Below, in pieces: positions 60,665 to 64,000 of a stretch of DNA of 64,000 nucleotides (position 1 is the first letter of the stretch; each line of letters starts with the position of its first letter). Location of the stretch: positions 224,001 to 288,000 of the forward strand of contig CAWFJP010000002.1 of NCBI GenBank assembly GCA_963816145.1. The letters are read 5' to 3'. The stretch comes from an uncultured delta proteobacterium (GTDB lineage Bacteria > Desulfobacterota > Binatia > UBA9968). The translations under genes were made by a program, and so were the position numbers. Under the pieces are notes generated by a model, which had not been told where the DNA came from, made no database searches, and saw only the letters and a list, made by a program, of their open reading frames with translations.

Positions 60665-62395
60665 ATGGAACTCACCAGGCGCGCGCCCCTTCGATCGGTT
60701 CAATTTCCAAAAATTCCATGGGCGTGGATCCCTTTGAGCGCGCTTGTCGGGCTGTTGATCGTAATGCTCGCCTACCCGCTGGCGCTGCTGTTCATCAAAA
60801 GTTTCGCTGTGACACGCCCCGGTGAGCCGACCGTCTGGGCGATGACAGGCTGGGTCGAAGCGTTTACGGACAGCAAGCTTGCCGTCGCCATCGGCAACAC
60901 CTTCTACCTGGCGTTTCTTAGGGTCGTCATCACCACTGTGCTGGCAATTTTTTTCGCCTGGGTCGTAACCCGCACGGACACGCCACTCAAGGGCTTCATC
61001 GAAGTGACGCTCTGGCTCGGCTTTTTTTTGCCGCTTCTCCCGATGACCATGGGTTGGATTCTGCTGCTGGATCCTTACAACGGACTTGCCAATAAGCTTC
61101 TTATGCAATCCTTTGGTCTCGCACGGCCTCCTTTCGATATCTTTTCTTACTGGGGCATTGTCTGGTGTCACCTGGCCTTCAGCACTTCGGTAAGATTCCT
61201 GTTGCTGACGCCCGCGTTCACGGCCATGGACGCGGCTCTAGAAGACGCCGCGCGCACCTCCGGCAGCAACAATATGGGCGTGTTGCTACGCATCACCATA
61301 CCAATTTTAGCGCCCGCCGTGCTCGCCTCCACGGCGTTGGGATTCATCAGGAGCCTCGAATCGTTGGAAATAGAAATGGTTCTTGGCATTCCCGCGGGCA
61401 TCTACGTGGTGCCCACCAAAATCTGGGACTACATTCACTGGGAGCCGCCGCTTTACGATCGGGCCACTGCGCTGTGCAGCGTCTTTCTGCTTTTCGTCTT
61501 CTTTCTCATTTGGCTGCACCGGATTTTTCTCCGCGGTAAGGAATTCACTACGGTCAGCGGCCGCAGCTACATGGTGCGGATTTTTCCGCTCGGCCGCTGG
61601 CGCTGGGTGACCTGCGGGTTCTGCCTTCTCTTTATCTTCGTGATGATCATCTTGCCGCTCGCGATGTTGATGATGGGCACATTCATGGAGTTCTTCGGCA
61701 ACTTCACGACGGAGAAAGTATGGACGGTTCATCACTGGACCGCGGTCTTCACCGATCCGGTGTTTTTAGGTTCATTGAAAAACACCCTGGTCCTTGGATT
61801 GGGAGCCGGCATTGTCGGAACGATCCTCTACTCAACGATCAGTTATGTCATCGTGCGCACAAAGCTGCCGGGCCGCGGTGTCGTCGACATCCTGTCCTGG
61901 CTACCTTGGGCTCTGCCGGGAGTACTCATCAGCCTGGCCCTGCTATGGGCTGCGCTCGGATCTGGCGATTATGTGAAGCTCGTCTACGGAACCGTTTCTC
62001 TTTTGGTGTTGGCGATAATCATCAAAGAGATGCCGCTCGGAACCCAGATCATCAAGGCAAGCGTGCTCCAGATCAGCCGTGAATTAGAGGAAGCTTCCAG
62101 CGCCGCGGGCGCCACACGGTTCACCGGTTTTTGCCGCATCATGCTACCGCTGCTGAGGCCAACGATGCTCTCGGTGGGGATCATAGTTTTCATCTCCGCC
62201 GCGCGTGACATCCCGACGGTGATCTTCCTGTCGACGAGTCAGAGCCGGACACTGTCTTTACTGATGCTTGACTACATCTCCGATGCCAACCAAGAGAAAG
62301 CCGCGGTGCTCGGTGTCTTTTTGGTCTTTCTCATCTTCGCTTTATTATTCGTCAGCTGGCTATTGGGTTTCCGGCGGAATGCTGTGCGCTCATGA
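60665..62395 (+). CDS. ABC transporter permease, FbpB-type
   Basis: Two EAA loops (DAALEDAA, RELEEAS); many TM helices. Confidence 0.88.
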   Translation: MELTRRAPLRSVQFPKIPWAWIPLSALVGLLIVMLAYPLALLFIKSFAVTRPGEPTVWAMTGWVEAFTDSKLAVAIGNTFYLAFLRVVITTVLAIFFAWVVTRTDTPLKGFIEVTLWLGFFLPLLPMTMGWILLLDPYNGLANKLLMQSFGLARPPFDIFSYWGIVWCHLAFSTSVRFLLLTPAFTAMDAALEDAARTSGSNNMGVLLRITIPILAPAVLASTALGFIRSLESLEIEMVLGIPAGIYVVPTKIWDYIHWEPPLYDRATALCSVFLLFVFFLIWLHRIFLRGKEFTTVSGRSYMVRIFPLGRWRWVTCGFCLLFIFVMIILPLAMLMMGTFMEFFGNFTTEKVWTVHHWTAVFTDPVFLGSLKNTLVLGLGAGIVGTILYSTISYVIVRTKLPGRGVVDILSWLPWALPGVLISLALLWAALGSGDYVKLVYGTVSLLVLAIIIKEMPLGTQIIKASVLQISRELEEASSAAGATRFTGFCRIMLPLLRPTMLSVGIIVFISAARDIPTVIFLSTSQSRTLSLLMLDYISDANQEKAAVLGVFLVFLIFALLFVSWLLGFRRNAVRS

Positions 62396-62432
62396 CAGGT
62401 AAATTTGCGCGGCTAAGTCCAGGGGAGGAGCT

Positions 62433-63548
62433 ATGATACGAACGTTTATTATGGTGATTGCAATTTTGTTCACGCCGCTGGTCCTCAACGCCCCATCGGC
62501 TTGGTCTCAAAGCGAGGGTGCATGGCAACAAAAATGGAACGCAGCGTTGGCACAGGCGAAGACGGAAGGAAAAGTTGTGGTGCTGGGCCCTCCGGGAGAC
62601 AGAATCCGAGACGCCATCATGCGGAGCTTCACGAAGGCTTTTCCCGATGTCAACCTGGAATTTTCCGGCGCGCGCGGTGGTGAACTAGCGACCAGGATCA
62701 AGGCGGAACGGGATGCCGGCATTTACAGTGTCGACATCATCATAAGCGGCACCAGCACCGCCGATGCTTATTTTAAACCGATGAAGGCGCTCGCTCCGAT
62801 AGAACCGGCGTTGCTCTTGCCCGAAGTGATCGATGCCAAGAACTGGCGCGATCATCGCCTTGAATTTTCCGATCGCGACACTCGTTTCGATTTCATCTTT
62901 GCCACACAGAATAATGTACCGCTGATTTATAATCCGGCACAGGTGAAAGCGGAGGAGGTAGACGAGCTAGATAAAATCCTGGACCCCAAATGGAAAGGCA
63001 AACTTGTCGTTCAGGACCCGATTCCCTCCGGGACAGGAAACGGTGTGTTTCGCTGGCTGTGGCATGTGCTCGGTCCGGAAAAAACCAAAGATTATTATCG
63101 CAAACTCCGCGCCCAGGCCGGCGCCATCGACCGCGATCAAAGACGGCAGATCGAGTGGGTGGCGCAAGGCAAATATCCCCTGCATCTGGCCCCCGGAACG
63201 GTCATGTATCAACTAGAAAAGCGCGGCCTCAAGTTCGGCGTGATACCCTACTTCAAGGATTACGGGGCTTATCTTACCCCCGGTTTCGGTAGTGTCATGC
63301 TGATTGACCGGGCGCCCCACCCGGGCGCGTCAAAAGTTTTTCTCAACTGGCTTCTCAGCAAGGACGGGCAGACCGCCTTCAGCAAGGGCATGGGATACGT
63401 CAGCCGGCGCTTGGATGTACCCAGCGATCACGTGCCCGCCTACTGGGTGCCGAAACCCGGAGTTAAATATTGGGCCGGCTACTATGAGGAAGACGCGAGG
63501 ATGAATTCCGATCAGGAAACATTTCTTAAGACACTTTTCGGCAGGTAA
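62433..63548 (+). CDS. ABC substrate-binding protein, AfuA-like
   Basis: Signal peptide; LLLPEV.D.KNW, LDPKWKGK and APHP...FLNWLLS motifs. Confidence 0.85.
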   Translation: MIRTFIMVIAILFTPLVLNAPSAWSQSEGAWQQKWNAALAQAKTEGKVVVLGPPGDRIRDAIMRSFTKAFPDVNLEFSGARGGELATRIKAERDAGIYSVDIIISGTSTADAYFKPMKALAPIEPALLLPEVIDAKNWRDHRLEFSDRDTRFDFIFATQNNVPLIYNPAQVKAEEVDELDKILDPKWKGKLVVQDPIPSGTGNGVFRWLWHVLGPEKTKDYYRKLRAQAGAIDRDQRRQIEWVAQGKYPLHLAPGTVMYQLEKRGLKFGVIPYFKDYGAYLTPGFGSVMLIDRAPHPGASKVFLNWLLSKDGQTAFSKGMGYVSRRLDVPSDHVPAYWVPKPGVKYWAGYYEEDARMNSDQETFLKTLFGR

Positions 63549-63601
63549 AAATTTTTTCTCTTTTATGGTGCAGTCAGCAGGATCGTGCTCGGCTCAGGGA
63601 G

Positions 63602-63832
63602 ATGTGCAAAGCTCACCAGGATAGCGAAGAGGTCTACGGAGCGACCAAGACATGGCGGGCGTTAAAACAGTCCGGCACGTTGTGCGGCAAGCATCAAGTG
63701 GCGCGGCTGCGGCATCAGGCAGGGATCGAGCTGCGGCCCGAGCGCAAATTCAGACTGGCCTGCAAGGCTTGTAATACGGCGCCTGCCCGTCATTTTCTAC
63801 GCCGGCCATTCATAGCGGATTATCCCGAGTAA
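63602..63832 (+). mobile_element. IS3-family transposase (OrfB HTH region) remnant
   Basis: HQDSEEVYGATKTWRALKQSG..CGKHQVARL...GI...RRPF resembles the IS3 OrfB N-terminus; no DDE domain follows. Confidence 0.7.
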
Positions 63833-64000
63833 ATCAGGATGACCGCTGTCACATTGACCGACTTGGCTCGCGTGATTCCCGATTCCGCGAATTGCCCCGA
63901 CACGATAGCGTTTGAGCACGGCGCTCGTTTCTAACTCAGTTCCATAGTTCTTGGGTCGCCAATCGGGCGCCCTCCGCCAGCGCATAGAGTTTGGCAAAGG

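Overview
GC-rich bacterial chromosomal window. The very high density of NMT1/THI5-like, AfuA-like and TctC binding proteins, together with UbiD, Rieske, LigAB and bicupin enzymes, suggests Candidatus Binatia or a related deltaproteobacterial lineage (inference only). Left to right: gltA 3' end and mltD; a 1.3-kb intergenic region with a ~226-bp tandem duplication; an aromatic-catabolism and transport region (about 2.9-21.4 kb); a LemA/TPM operon; a MarR regulator with a tandem operator; the housekeeping block rplU-rpmA-obgE-proB-proA-nadD-rsfS-gpmI-comF; an ArsR-methyltransferase (SahR-like) regulator with metH; a Flp-pilin-like protein carrying a very long Gly/Ser tract and a C-terminal membrane segment; a low-GC two-gene island; and a sigma54 activator followed by a long TTT/ABC uptake cluster with a TctA-TctB fusion, ending in an IS3 remnant. 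The best candidate for an undescribed system is the low-GC island at 44585-47685. It encodes a zinc-ribbon protein with a putative ADP-ribosyltransferase-like (DUF3626-like) domain, translationally coupled to a TPR protein that ends in an ssrA-like LAA tail, which would fit a toxin-antitoxin or anti-phage module. Three single-base insertion frameshifts look like assembly errors. I recognised no rRNA, tRNA or CRISPR array. All family calls come from motif recognition by eye, not from database searches.
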